Shown one piece after another: positions 41,382 through 50,624 of a DNA stretch of 64,000 nucleotides (positions are counted from its first letter, which is position 1; each line of letters begins with the position of its first letter). The position numbers and the translations under genes are program-made. A model generated the notes under the pieces. It did no database searches. It saw nothing but the letters and a program-made list of their open reading frames with translations, and was not told the DNA's origin. Source of the DNA: Candidatus Alcyoniella australis (GTDB lineage: Bacteria; Lernaellota; Lernaellaia; JAVCCG01; Alcyoniellaceae); assembly GCA_030765605.1 (NCBI GenBank), contig JAVCCG010000095.1, forward strand, positions 7,489 through 71,488. Reading direction: 5' to 3'.

Positions 41382-42524
41382 CTACCCCTTATCGCGCGGA
41401 AGCGGTTCGTGATTAAGGGCCAAGCCGATCTGCCCCAAGGCGATAGCCTGGTCGCCCACAGGCAACTTGTTCGACTTGAGATATTGCAGCCCCGCGGCGT
41501 GCAGGCGTTCGACGAGCAATCCCTCGAACAGGCTGTTGAGAAAACATCCGCCAGCGGCTAGCACCTTGTCGGTCGAGGCTTGCGCCGCCAACTCAATTGC
41601 AACGCTGGCCGTGGCCTGTGCCGCTGCGACGTGAAACGCGGCCGCCAGCTCGGGTGCATGTTCGGGCGCGCTCAGAGCGTCTTGGACCAGGTTGGGAAAG
41701 TCGATTTGCAGCAGGCCGTCGGCATTGGATTCGACCCTAAACGGCCACTGGGCGGTCAAACCGTGCACGTCTTGTTGCTGTGCCAAGTTCTGCAGGTCAA
41801 TGGCGGGCTGGGCCTCGAATTGGGCCTGGGTGCGTACACCGAGCAAAGCTGAGACCGCGTCGAACCAGCGGCCAAGGGAGGTCGAACGCGCCATTGGCAT
41901 GTCGCTGGTCAGCGAGCGCAGCAGCAGGTCCAGATCGCCCGGATCGACCTTGCGCAGTGCAAGCCAACCTTCGATGGTATCGTGGGGCATGCCGCGTTCG
42001 AGCAGCAGAGCCAGGGCGATGCGCCAAGGCTGTCTGATTGCCGCGTCGCCGCCGGGCAGGGGCAGGGGGGCGAAGTGCGCGCGCCGCACAAGACCATCGT
42101 CCAACGAGCCGCTGAACAGCTCGCCGCCCCAGGCCGTGCCGTCGTCGCCAAATCCCGTGCCGTCAAACGCCAGGCCGACAACCGGTTCGTGGTACAGCCC
42201 GTGTTCCAGGCAAACCGCGGCCACATGCGCCCGGTGGTGCTGGACCGTGATCAGCTCGATCCCGCGCTCGTCGGCGATGCGCTGCGCGAGCATGCTCGAG
42301 AAGTAGCCGGGGTGCGCGTCTCGTACAATGCCTGCCGGCCGGTGCTGTTCGACGAAGTCCTCGAGGGCGTCCTGATTGTCCGGGTCGGCCAGATCGCCGA
42401 TCTCGTCGGCCACGTGCGCCATGCCGCCATCGGCCAGAGCAGGGCGGCACTTGAGATCGCCGCCGATGGCTATCAGCGGAACGGCGGTCGGGCGGGGTAG
42501 TTGGATGCTGACCATAGATGACAC
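41382..42524 (-). CDS. hypF: HypF carbamoyltransferase reduced to its C-terminal Kae1/TsaD-like domain (N-terminal domains absent)
   Basis: Motifs HPGYFSS, VQHHRAHVAA and DGTGFGDDGTAWGGE match the HypF C-terminal half. The ORF is only 380 aa and abuts the hoxW stop, so the acylphosphatase, Zn-finger and YrdC regions are missing. Confidence 0.7.
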   Translation of the reverse strand: MSSMVSIQLPRPTAVPLIAIGGDLKCRPALADGGMAHVADEIGDLADPDNQDALEDFVEQHRPAGIVRDAHPGYFSSMLAQRIADERGIELITVQHHRAHVAAVCLEHGLYHEPVVGLAFDGTGFGDDGTAWGGELFSGSLDDGLVRRAHFAPLPLPGGDAAIRQPWRIALALLLERGMPHDTIEGWLALRKVDPGDLDLLLRSLTSDMPMARSTSLGRWFDAVSALLGVRTQAQFEAQPAIDLQNLAQQQDVHGLTAQWPFRVESNADGLLQIDFPNLVQDALSAPEHAPELAAAFHVAAAQATASVAIELAAQASTDKVLAAGGCFLNSLFEGLLVERLHAAGLQYLKSNKLPVGDQAIALGQIGLALNHEPLPRDKG

Positions 42525-42530
42525 TCTAAA

Positions 42531-43010
42531 TTAGTTTAAATCAGCAAACGATAAGTCGTCGGTGAGCGCGGTCTCGAAATCTTTAGAGAGCAGTAACGGT
42601 ACGATGAACTCCAACGCGGCCTCGAGGTTGGCTGTTGCGCGCTCGCCCAGCCACTGGCCGAACTCGTTGAACTCGTGGCCGCGGATTCCCAATGCGTAGC
42701 CGCGGGCCTTGCTCTGGAACAGCTCATGGGCCAGGGCAAGCACCGCCGCGGGTTCCACGCTGTGGCTGCTGAAGCTCGTCGCCGCCTTGGGCTGGATTCG
42801 GCAAAAGAAAAACGGCTCAGGCCCTTTAACCGCGGCGTCAACGAAGATCACCACGTCGTGTTCGGCCACGGCCGCAGCGTCCTCCACGCTGAGCTGATAG
42901 TTGGAGTCCACCGTGACCTCTGGAAGATCCAGCCCGGTCAGCCTTTCAATCAGCGCCGGACCCAAGCCATCGTCAAGGCGACCCGGGTTGCCGTAGCCGA
43001 TCAGCAGCAC
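42531..43010 (-). CDS. hoxW: Hydrogenase maturation endopeptidase (HoxW/HyaD family)
   Basis: VLLIGYGNPGRLDDGLG motif. The GTG at 43010 is preferred because the longer ORF would overlap hoxH by 100 bp. Confidence 0.75.
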   Translation of the reverse strand: MLLIGYGNPGRLDDGLGPALIERLTGLDLPEVTVDSNYQLSVEDAAAVAEHDVVIFVDAAVKGPEPFFFCRIQPKAATSFSSHSVEPAAVLALAHELFQSKARGYALGIRGHEFNEFGQWLGERATANLEAALEFIVPLLLSKDFETALTDDLSFADLN

Positions 43011-43027
43011 CCGGGTTTTGGAATCGA

Positions 43028-44470
43028 TCAACCTTTGACTTTCCTGTCGACCAGATCGCCCGCGTGATCGTAGAGCTCGACGATCAGCGGCATTTGACCC
43101 ATGGCGTGCGTGGCGCACGACAGGCACGGATCGTAGGCGCGGATCGCGACCTCGATGTGGTTGAGAAGGCCCTCGGTGATCTCGCGACCGTCGAAGTATT
43201 CATCGCAGACCTTCTGCACGGCGCGATTCATCGGCTCATTGTTGTTGGTCGTGGAGACGATCAGGTTGGCCATGGTGATCTGGTCGTTCTGATCGACTTT
43301 ATAGTGATGGAACAGCGTGCCGCGCGGCGCCTCGAGCAGGCCCACGGCCTCGCCGCGACGCTCGCCGGTCTTGACCAGGTCGAGCTTCTGCAGATCCGGG
43401 TCGTGCAGCAGCTCGTTGATCTTCTCGGCCGAATGCAGCAGCTCGATCAGCCGCGCCCAGTGATAGGCCATCGAGACGTGGACCGGCTTGCCGTTGCCGA
43501 GCTCCATGAACTCCTTGCGTTCGGCCTCGGCCTCGGGAGTGTCGATGAAGTCGCAGCAGTTGATGCGCGACAGCGGTCCCACGCGGTACCAGCCGTCTTC
43601 AGGTCCGATCGATTTGATGAACGGGAACTTCATGTACGACCAGGGGCGGACCTCTTCGGCGATGTAGTCGGTGTAGTTCGAGTAGTCGACCTGGTCGAAG
43701 ATCTTGTTGCCCTCGGCGTCGATGGCGCGCAGGTTGCCGTGATAGAGGTCCAGCGCTCCGTCCTCGCGCACCAGGCTCAGGTGGTTTGACTCAAACGTGC
43801 CGAAGCTGGCCAGGGTGCCCAGGTGTTCACGCGTGTAGTTCTTGCAAAGCTCCAGGGCCGAGCGCGACCAGGCGAGCATCTGATCGATGTCCTTGAGGAA
43901 CTCGTCGCGTTCTTCGATAGTCAGGTTCTTGTTGATGCCGCCGGGGATCGCGCCGGTGCCGTGGATCTTCTTGCCCGCGGTGGCGCGGATGATCTCCTGG
44001 CCGTACTTGCGCATCATTACGCCCTGTACCGCCAGTTCCGGGAACTTTTTGGCCACGCCGATCACGTTGCGGATCGCCGGGTCGGCGTCAAAGCCGAACA
44101 GCAGGTCCGGAGAGACCAGGTGGAAGAAGTGCAGCGCGTGCGATTGGAAGGTCTGGCCGTAGTGCATCAGCCGTCGCATTTTTTCGGCGGTGGGAGTCAG
44201 CTGGTCCACGCCCACGATGAGGTCCATCGCCTTGGCCGCGGCCAGGTGATGGCTCACCGGGCAGATGCCGCACAGACGCTGGACCAGCACCGGCGCCTCC
44301 CAATAGGGTCGGCCTTGGACAAAGCGTTCGAACCCGCGAAATTCGACGATATGCAGCCGTGCCTGCTTGACCTTGTTGTGCTCGTCAAGCAACAGCGAGA
44401 CCTTGCCGTGCCCTTCGACGCGGGTCACGGGCTCAATGGCGATTCGTTTTAAATTGGAGTTGGCTTCCAC
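43028..44470 (-). CDS. hoxH: [NiFe]-hydrogenase large subunit of the NAD-linked bidirectional type (group 3)
   Basis: N-terminal RLCGICPVSH and C-terminal DPCLSCATHAMG Ni-binding motifs. Confidence 0.9.
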   Translation of the reverse strand: MEANSNLKRIAIEPVTRVEGHGKVSLLLDEHNKVKQARLHIVEFRGFERFVQGRPYWEAPVLVQRLCGICPVSHHLAAAKAMDLIVGVDQLTPTAEKMRRLMHYGQTFQSHALHFFHLVSPDLLFGFDADPAIRNVIGVAKKFPELAVQGVMMRKYGQEIIRATAGKKIHGTGAIPGGINKNLTIEERDEFLKDIDQMLAWSRSALELCKNYTREHLGTLASFGTFESNHLSLVREDGALDLYHGNLRAIDAEGNKIFDQVDYSNYTDYIAEEVRPWSYMKFPFIKSIGPEDGWYRVGPLSRINCCDFIDTPEAEAERKEFMELGNGKPVHVSMAYHWARLIELLHSAEKINELLHDPDLQKLDLVKTGERRGEAVGLLEAPRGTLFHHYKVDQNDQITMANLIVSTTNNNEPMNRAVQKVCDEYFDGREITEGLLNHIEVAIRAYDPCLSCATHAMGQMPLIVELYDHAGDLVDRKVKG

Positions 44471-44499
44471 TGTTGGGCTCCTAGTGTCCGTGAGTTGGC

Positions 44500-45057
44500 T
44501 CAGTCGTACTTGATCAGCTCATAGGGCAGATCGAGCGGTTTGTCGGTCAGCAGCGCCACTAAAGCCTCCCAGAGCATGTCCGCCGGGGGCGGGCAGCCGG
44601 GGAGGTGGTAGTCGATTTTAACTACTTCGTGGCAAGGGTAGACGCGATCGAGAATCAGTGGCAGTTCGGGGTCGTTGGGGATCTGCCCGCTGGGGTTGTA
44701 AACCGTGGGGCCGTTGATATAGGCCTCGTCCAGGCATTCCTTAAGCGGGATGCCGTTGCGCACCGCCGGGATGCCGCCCATGATCGCGCAGTCGCCCACC
44801 GAGATCAGAATCTCGCAGTTGCGACGGAAATCTTGCAGTACGTGAACGTTGTGTTCGTTGGCGCAGCCGCCCTCGACCAGGCCCACGGCGCAGCGCCCCG
44901 TGAACTTCTTGATGTCGTTGATCGGCGACTTGTCGAAATCCACAAGTTCGATCAGCTTGAGAATGCGATCGTCGATGTCCAGCAGCGACATGTGGCAGCC
45001 GAAGCAGCCGGCCAGCGACGTTGTTGCCACTTTGGGTTTGCTCATTTGATTCTCCAC
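44500..45057 (-). CDS. hoxY: [NiFe]-hydrogenase small subunit (group 3, NuoB-like)
   Basis: Cys-rich motif CFGCHMS...GGCAN...; 185 aa. Confidence 0.85.
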   Translation of the reverse strand: MENQMSKPKVATTSLAGCFGCHMSLLDIDDRILKLIELVDFDKSPINDIKKFTGRCAVGLVEGGCANEHNVHVLQDFRRNCEILISVGDCAIMGGIPAVRNGIPLKECLDEAYINGPTVYNPSGQIPNDPELPLILDRVYPCHEVVKIDYHLPGCPPPADMLWEALVALLTDKPLDLPYELIKYD

Positions 45058-45773
45058 TACTGGGCCGCGGATTTACCGGATTCGATATCCGATCCGATGG
45101 GCGTATTGTCGTAGTCGCGTTTGCCGATCGGCTTGGCAAAGCCCACGCGCTTGCGCAACAGCGCTCCCACGGGGCAGACCTCGGCGGCTTTGTCCGAGGC
45201 GGCCATGTCGGTGTCGGCGAGGTTGGCCTCGGAGTTGACTGCCACGCGCTTATCGCTGCCGCGGCCGACGAACTGGAATACGTTTTTACCGTCGACGTCG
45301 CGCGAGGCCTGGACGCAGCGGCCGCACATCACGCAGCGGTTGCGGTCGATGAAGATGTCCGGGTGCGTGGCGTCGATGTCGCGCTTGGGGAACATGTAGG
45401 GATACTGCGGCGCGGTGATGCCGAAGCGGTAGGCCAGGGCCTGCAGCTCGCAGTCTCCGCTCTTCTCGCAGAACATGCAGAAGTGATTTCCCTCGACGAA
45501 GTGCATGTCGATCAAGGCGCGGCGGTGCTTGTTGAGTTCCGCCGATTCGTTGGTGACCTCGATCCCGGGCGCTGCGGGCTGGGTGCAGGCCGCCTGCGGC
45601 CGGCCGTTGATCAGCACGGTGCAGATCCGGCAGCCGCCGTAGGGCTTGAGCCCCTCGCAGTAGCACAGGCGCGGGATGTACACGCCGGATTGATCCGCCG
45701 CCTCGATGATCGTCTGGCCCTTGGTTGCGGTGACCTCGACGCCGTCGATCGTGAATGTGAAAGTGTCGCTCAT
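45057..45773 (-). CDS. hoxU: Diaphorase subunit HoxU (2Fe-2S plus 4Fe-4S, NuoG N-terminal-like)
   Basis: Motifs CYCEGLKPYGGCRICTV and CVMCGRCV. Confidence 0.85.
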   Translation of the reverse strand: MSDTFTFTIDGVEVTATKGQTIIEAADQSGVYIPRLCYCEGLKPYGGCRICTVLINGRPQAACTQPAAPGIEVTNESAELNKHRRALIDMHFVEGNHFCMFCEKSGDCELQALAYRFGITAPQYPYMFPKRDIDATHPDIFIDRNRCVMCGRCVQASRDVDGKNVFQFVGRGSDKRVAVNSEANLADTDMAASDKAAEVCPVGALLRKRVGFAKPIGKRDYDNTPIGSDIESGKSAAQ

Positions 45774-45787
45774 CTGTTTATTTCCTC

Positions 45788-47605
45788 TCAGTCGTCAAAG
45801 TGAACCGGCTGACGGCCCTGAACCCTCACTGCGTCGCCCAGCGCCTTGTTGATGTCGAACGTCGACTGCATGCCGTCGGTGACCTCGTGCAGCTTCGAAT
45901 CGTACAGGGCACGGAAATTCTCGATCGTGGTCAGTATCGGGTTGGGCGAGGTCTGCCCCAGGCCGCAGCGGCTGGTGACCTTGACCGCCTTGCCAAGTTC
46001 GGTCAGGTAATCGATGTCGCTGGGCTCGCCCTGGCCCTCGCGGATCAAGTCGAGGCGCTGTTTGAGCAGCACATTGCCCACGCGGCAGGGGGTGCAGAAG
46101 CCGCAGCTCTCCTCGATGAAGAATTCCATGAAGTGCGAGGCGATCTCCAACACGTCGCGCTGCGGGCCGAAGACCATCATCGATCCGCCCGTGGCCAGGT
46201 CGGAGTAGCTGATCCTGTTGTCGAACTTGTCCTGGCCGATGCACTGGCCCGAGGGGCCGCCGACCTGCACCGCCACTGCGTCTTGGGCGCCGACCTCGGC
46301 CAGCAGCTCGGTGACCGTGACGCCCATTTCCATCTCGTAGACGCCGGGGCGCTCGATGTCGCCCGAGACGCTGAGCAGCTTGGTGCCCGGGCTCTCCGGG
46401 TCGCCGATGGCCGCGAACCACGCTGGGCCGTTTTCGGCCACGCGCGCCGCGCAGCAGAAGGTCTCGACGTTGTTGACGATCGTCGGCGCGTCGAGGTAGC
46501 CCTTTTGAGCGGGGAAGGGCGGGCGATTCTTGGGCTCGCCGCGTCCGCCCTCGGCCGAGGCGATCAGCGCGGTCTCCTCGCCGCAGATATAGGCGCCGGC
46601 GCCCATCTGGATCCGGATGTCGAAGTAAAACCCAGCCTTGCCGCCGATGTCCTTGCCCAGCAGTCCGGCGGCGCGACGCTGATCCAGGGTGGCCTCAAGG
46701 AACCGGCGCAGATAGGCGTATTCGCCGCGTAGGTAGATGATGCCCTCGCTTGAGCCGATGGCGTAGCCCGCTAAGGTCATGCCCTCGATCATCAGCTCGG
46801 GCATCTGGGTCAGGATCACGCGGTCTTTGAAAGTGCCCGGCTCGCCCTCGTCGGCGTTGCAGATCACAAAACGCCGCTCGCCCTTGGCCCTGCGCGCAAA
46901 TTCCCACTTCATGCCCGTGGGGAATCCGGCGCCGCCGCGGCCGCGCAGCTTGCTGTCCTTGATCTGTCCGATCAACTCCTCGGGGCTGAGCTCGAGCGCC
47001 TTGGCCAACGCCGCGCCGGGCTGGTAGTCGCTGAAGATCACCTCGCCGGCCTTGCGCAGGTTGTTGCGCACCATCTGGTTTACCAGCTCCGAGGCGTTGT
47101 TGCCCTCGCCCGGCTGGGTGATCAGCGAGCGCGGGTCGCCGGTCTGCTTAAGCTTGCGCGCCATCTCGCGCGCGCTGTCGGGAGTCAGGCCGGTGACCAC
47201 CACGTCGTTGACCAGGGCCGCGGGACACTGGTCGCACATTCCGATGCATGAGGTGTGCTCAAGGGAGATCATCGAGTCCGGCGTGGTCTGGCCAAAGCTG
47301 ATGCCCAGCTCCTGCTCCAGCGCCTCGCCGATCTGCTGGGCGCCGCCGATGTTGCCCATCGCACAGTTCGATAGTCGGATGACAATTTTGCCCTGGGGTT
47401 GCTCGGAGAGAAAAGCGTAGAAGCTGACCACTCCCTGAACCTCGACGCGGTGTGTACCCAGCTGGCGAGCGATGATCTCCATTGCCTCGCCGCTGACGTG
47501 GCCGAACTTCGCCTGCACTGCCTGGACAACGTCCATTAAGCGCATTGGTGAATTGCCATAATCCTTGCACAAGGATATAATGGTGCCATTAGTGGAAGTT
47601 TGCAT
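45788..47605 (-). CDS. hoxF: Diaphorase subunit HoxF (NuoF-like NAD/FMN/4Fe-4S with fused N-terminal NuoE-like 2Fe-2S domain)
   Basis: 605 aa; N-terminal thioredoxin-like 2Fe-2S region, then GGAGFPTG FMN site and a C-terminal Cys cluster (CGFCTPC). Confidence 0.85.
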   Translation of the reverse strand: MQTSTNGTIISLCKDYGNSPMRLMDVVQAVQAKFGHVSGEAMEIIARQLGTHRVEVQGVVSFYAFLSEQPQGKIVIRLSNCAMGNIGGAQQIGEALEQELGISFGQTTPDSMISLEHTSCIGMCDQCPAALVNDVVVTGLTPDSAREMARKLKQTGDPRSLITQPGEGNNASELVNQMVRNNLRKAGEVIFSDYQPGAALAKALELSPEELIGQIKDSKLRGRGGAGFPTGMKWEFARRAKGERRFVICNADEGEPGTFKDRVILTQMPELMIEGMTLAGYAIGSSEGIIYLRGEYAYLRRFLEATLDQRRAAGLLGKDIGGKAGFYFDIRIQMGAGAYICGEETALIASAEGGRGEPKNRPPFPAQKGYLDAPTIVNNVETFCCAARVAENGPAWFAAIGDPESPGTKLLSVSGDIERPGVYEMEMGVTVTELLAEVGAQDAVAVQVGGPSGQCIGQDKFDNRISYSDLATGGSMMVFGPQRDVLEIASHFMEFFIEESCGFCTPCRVGNVLLKQRLDLIREGQGEPSDIDYLTELGKAVKVTSRCGLGQTSPNPILTTIENFRALYDSKLHEVTDGMQSTFDINKALGDAVRVQGRQPVHFDD

Positions 47606-48050
47606 TGATTACCTCAACCGGATGTGCTTACTACGTTACTTGCCAGCAAAAACCAAACATTTAATTAGCATCTAAAAAGTCATAAGTCCACATGAAGAAT
47701 GACAAATAAACGATAATATGTTGATAAAAACACAAATAATTCCTATATTGATATTAATTGGTCAAACAAGTCCGCCAGCCCCCGCTTCGGCCGTCGTTAA
47801 GAGCCGGTAACAAACCAAAAGAAAAAAACAATATCAAATCGAGCTTGTCGGAATCGCAAATAAAAGCTAGACTCCCGCGCAGTGAATGAGGGCTCATTCA
47901 TAAGGCGGTTTGGTAGCCACCTATACCAATCACAGAAAGCAGACATAAATTATCGGCAACTGGCGATATGTCTGACTAGATGATCGGGCAACAAGTAGCG
48001 TGAGCCCATGATTGAAAAAACAACCCGATGAAACAAAAAGGGAGCGAGTG
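47606..48050. promoter_or_regulatory. AT-rich divergent control region between hoxF and focA
   Basis: About 35% GC over 445 bp in a ~68% GC context, with several TTGAT/ATCAA-like half sites (TTGATATTAATTGGTCAA). Confidence 0.4.
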
Positions 48051-48902
48051 ATGAGCGAGAAAATCTCTTTTGACGCTTTGATCCCGGCTGCGATGGCGAA
48101 CAAGGCCGAGAACGTCGGAGTGGCAAAGGGTAACATGGACGCGATTTCCATGTTTTTCCTTGCCATTCTGGCTGGCGCCTTCATCGCGATGGGCGCCGTG
48201 TTCTGCACAACTGCGGTCACCAACGGTGGCGATCTGCCTTATGGCATTACCAAGCTGCTCGGTGGCTTGGCGTTCTGCCTGGGTTTAATCCTGGTAGTAG
48301 TTGCGGGCGCGGAACTTTTCACCGGCAACAACTTGATCGTGATGGCCGTTGCCAGCAAAAAGCTGCCGATGTCCAAGCTGCTGCGCAACTGGGTGATCGT
48401 CTACGTGGGCAACTTAATCGGCTCAGTGCTGACAGCCTACTTGATGTACCTCACCCGCACCTGGGAGACCGGTGCTGGTGGAGCATTGGGTATCACGGCC
48501 GTCAATATCGCCGGCGGCAAAGCCGGTTTGACCTTCGTCGTGGCGCTGACCCGCGGCATTTTCTGTAACGCGCTGGTCTGCCTGGCCGTGTGGCTGTGCT
48601 TCTCGGCGCGTAGCGTCGAAGGCAAGATCCTGGCAATCATCTTCCCGATCGCAGCGTTTGTCGCCGCCGGGTTTGAGCATTGTGTTGCCAACATGTACTT
48701 CATCCCGGCCGGCCTGTTCATCAAGTCCGGTGCGAGCCCCGAGTACTTGGCAGCGGCCAAGGATGTGGCGCTGGCCAACCTGACCTGGGGGAAATTCTTC
48801 ATCGGCAACCTGCTGCCTGTAACCATCGGTAACATCATCGGTGGTTCCGGATTCGTGGGCGTTGTCTACTGGATCGTCTATCGCAGGAATGCAAAAGACT
48901 GA
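48051..48902 (+). CDS. focA: Formate/nitrite transporter family channel
   Basis: FNT-family TM pattern and motifs (FLAILAGAFIAMG, ELFTGN). The ATG at 48051 is preferred over 48012. Confidence 0.8.
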   Translation: MSEKISFDALIPAAMANKAENVGVAKGNMDAISMFFLAILAGAFIAMGAVFCTTAVTNGGDLPYGITKLLGGLAFCLGLILVVVAGAELFTGNNLIVMAVASKKLPMSKLLRNWVIVYVGNLIGSVLTAYLMYLTRTWETGAGGALGITAVNIAGGKAGLTFVVALTRGIFCNALVCLAVWLCFSARSVEGKILAIIFPIAAFVAAGFEHCVANMYFIPAGLFIKSGASPEYLAAAKDVALANLTWGKFFIGNLLPVTIGNIIGGSGFVGVVYWIVYRRNAKD

Positions 48903-48922
48903 TCGGACTACACGAGAGCTTA

Positions 48923-48956
48923 AAAGGGCCGGCCTTGCGCCGGCCCTTTTTTTTAC
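48923..48956. terminator. Bidirectional rho-independent terminator between focA and pgi
   Basis: GGGCCGGC-cttgc-GCCGGCCC stem followed by T8, with an A-run on the other side. Confidence 0.75.
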
Positions 48957-48974
48957 CCGCGCTAATTATCCGGG

Positions 48975-50624
48975 TTAGCCGTCGTTGCCAATCGCCGCGG
49001 CGATGCGCTCGATTTGTGTGGCCGGATCAGGTCCCAGGCCGATGCGCAGCACGTGCCTGCCGCACTTTAGCAGCGCGCGACAATCGCCCATGGCCTGGGC
49101 GTGTTTCAATACGGCGAAACTGACGTTTGAACTGATCCCGCCGGGCTCGTCTGGGATCGGCACGTCCAGTTCGGCCCTGGAGATGATTTGCACGAACACG
49201 CCGTTGTTCGGTCCGCCCTTATGCAGCTGTCCTGTCGAGTGCAAATAGCGCGGGCCGAAGCTCGCGGTGGTGGCCACGGGATTGATTGCGAACAGGCGGC
49301 CGCGCAGCTTGTTCAGCGCGGCATAGGTCTGCGGCCGGGGATCGACGTAGGCCTGCAACGCCAAGTAGCCGCCCTGCGGGCAGCTTTGCGCAAACTTCGA
49401 CAGGACGGCGCTGATTTGCGCCTCGTCGGTCAGCAGTGGGGGCAGGGCCTTGTCCGCCGATTCCAAGGACTCGGTGCGGATGTACTCGGCGGTCAGTTCC
49501 CGCGCCACGGCCTTGGCCGATTCTACGTCCGGCTGGTCAAAGGGGTTGACTCCCAGCACGTGGCAGGTCGCGGCCGTTGCCAGCTCCCAGAGCATGATCT
49601 GCTCTCCCAGCTGGTAGACATCGTGCAGCCGGAAGCTGATCAGCGGGTGGCCGCGTTCGACCAGGGAGCTGCACAGGGCTTGGTGCGGTACGTCCCCGGC
49701 AAGACCGATGCGCACGAACACGCGATCCGATCCGTATTCGTCGACCGCGGCGATCGGCTCGTGGATGATCGGCAAAATGCCTTGGCCGTGTTTGCCGGTG
49801 CTCTCGGCGATTAGCTGTTCGAGCCAGTCGCCCAGCGCGGCCAGCTGGGGGGAGAGCAATAGGGTTAATTTGTCGCGTCCGGCCAGCGCCAGTTCGCCCA
49901 GGGCCGCGCCGAGCTCCAGCCCGGGCCCGGGATCAACGGCCAGGCGCGCGGCCGGTTCCAGCAGCCGTTCGAGGTCTACGCCGATCAGGCCCGCGGGCAC
50001 CAGGCCGAAGTAGGTCAGGGCCGAGTAGCGGCCGCCGACCTGCGGGTCGTTGATAAAGCAATCGCGCAGCCCCAGCTCGCCGGCCAGCTTCTCAAGCTGC
50101 TTCCCGGAGTCGGTGATCGCCACGAAGTGCTCGCCGGCCTTAGTCGCGCCCAGGGCCCGCACGTACATCCCGTGGAAGAATTTGAACAGCGAGAGCGTCT
50201 CGATCGTTCCGCCGGACTTGGTCGAGACCACGAACACGGTCTGCGCCAGCTCCAGCGAGCGGGCGCAGTCGAGGATCGCGCCCGGGTCGGTGGTGTCCAG
50301 CAGCGTGAACTGCAAGTAGCCCGCAGTGCTGCCCAGGATCGACGAGAACATCTGCGGCGCCAGGCTCGAGCCGCCCATGCCCAGCAGAACCACGTGGGTA
50401 ATGCCCTCCTGGAGAAGCTTTTGGGTCAGATCACGGATGCGTTGCAGGTCGACCCGGCGCGTGGTGGGCGCCCAGAGCCAACCGAGCTTGTCAGCACAGT
50501 CCTTTGGTTCGTCGGTCCACAGAGTGTGGTCCATGTGCTGCATGCGCTCAAAAAAGCGTTGGTCCGTCATTTGCTTCAGTCGCTCGCGTTGCGCTGTTTG
50601 ATACTCTCCCAGGCGGTACATCAA
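48975..50624 (-). CDS. pgi: Glucose-6-phosphate isomerase
   Basis: PGI signature VGGRYSALT; 549 aa. Confidence 0.8.
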   Translation of the reverse strand: MMYRLGEYQTAQRERLKQMTDQRFFERMQHMDHTLWTDEPKDCADKLGWLWAPTTRRVDLQRIRDLTQKLLQEGITHVVLLGMGGSSLAPQMFSSILGSTAGYLQFTLLDTTDPGAILDCARSLELAQTVFVVSTKSGGTIETLSLFKFFHGMYVRALGATKAGEHFVAITDSGKQLEKLAGELGLRDCFINDPQVGGRYSALTYFGLVPAGLIGVDLERLLEPAARLAVDPGPGLELGAALGELALAGRDKLTLLLSPQLAALGDWLEQLIAESTGKHGQGILPIIHEPIAAVDEYGSDRVFVRIGLAGDVPHQALCSSLVERGHPLISFRLHDVYQLGEQIMLWELATAATCHVLGVNPFDQPDVESAKAVARELTAEYIRTESLESADKALPPLLTDEAQISAVLSKFAQSCPQGGYLALQAYVDPRPQTYAALNKLRGRLFAINPVATTASFGPRYLHSTGQLHKGGPNNGVFVQIISRAELDVPIPDEPGGISSNVSFAVLKHAQAMGDCRALLKCGRHVLRIGLGPDPATQIERIAAAIGNDG

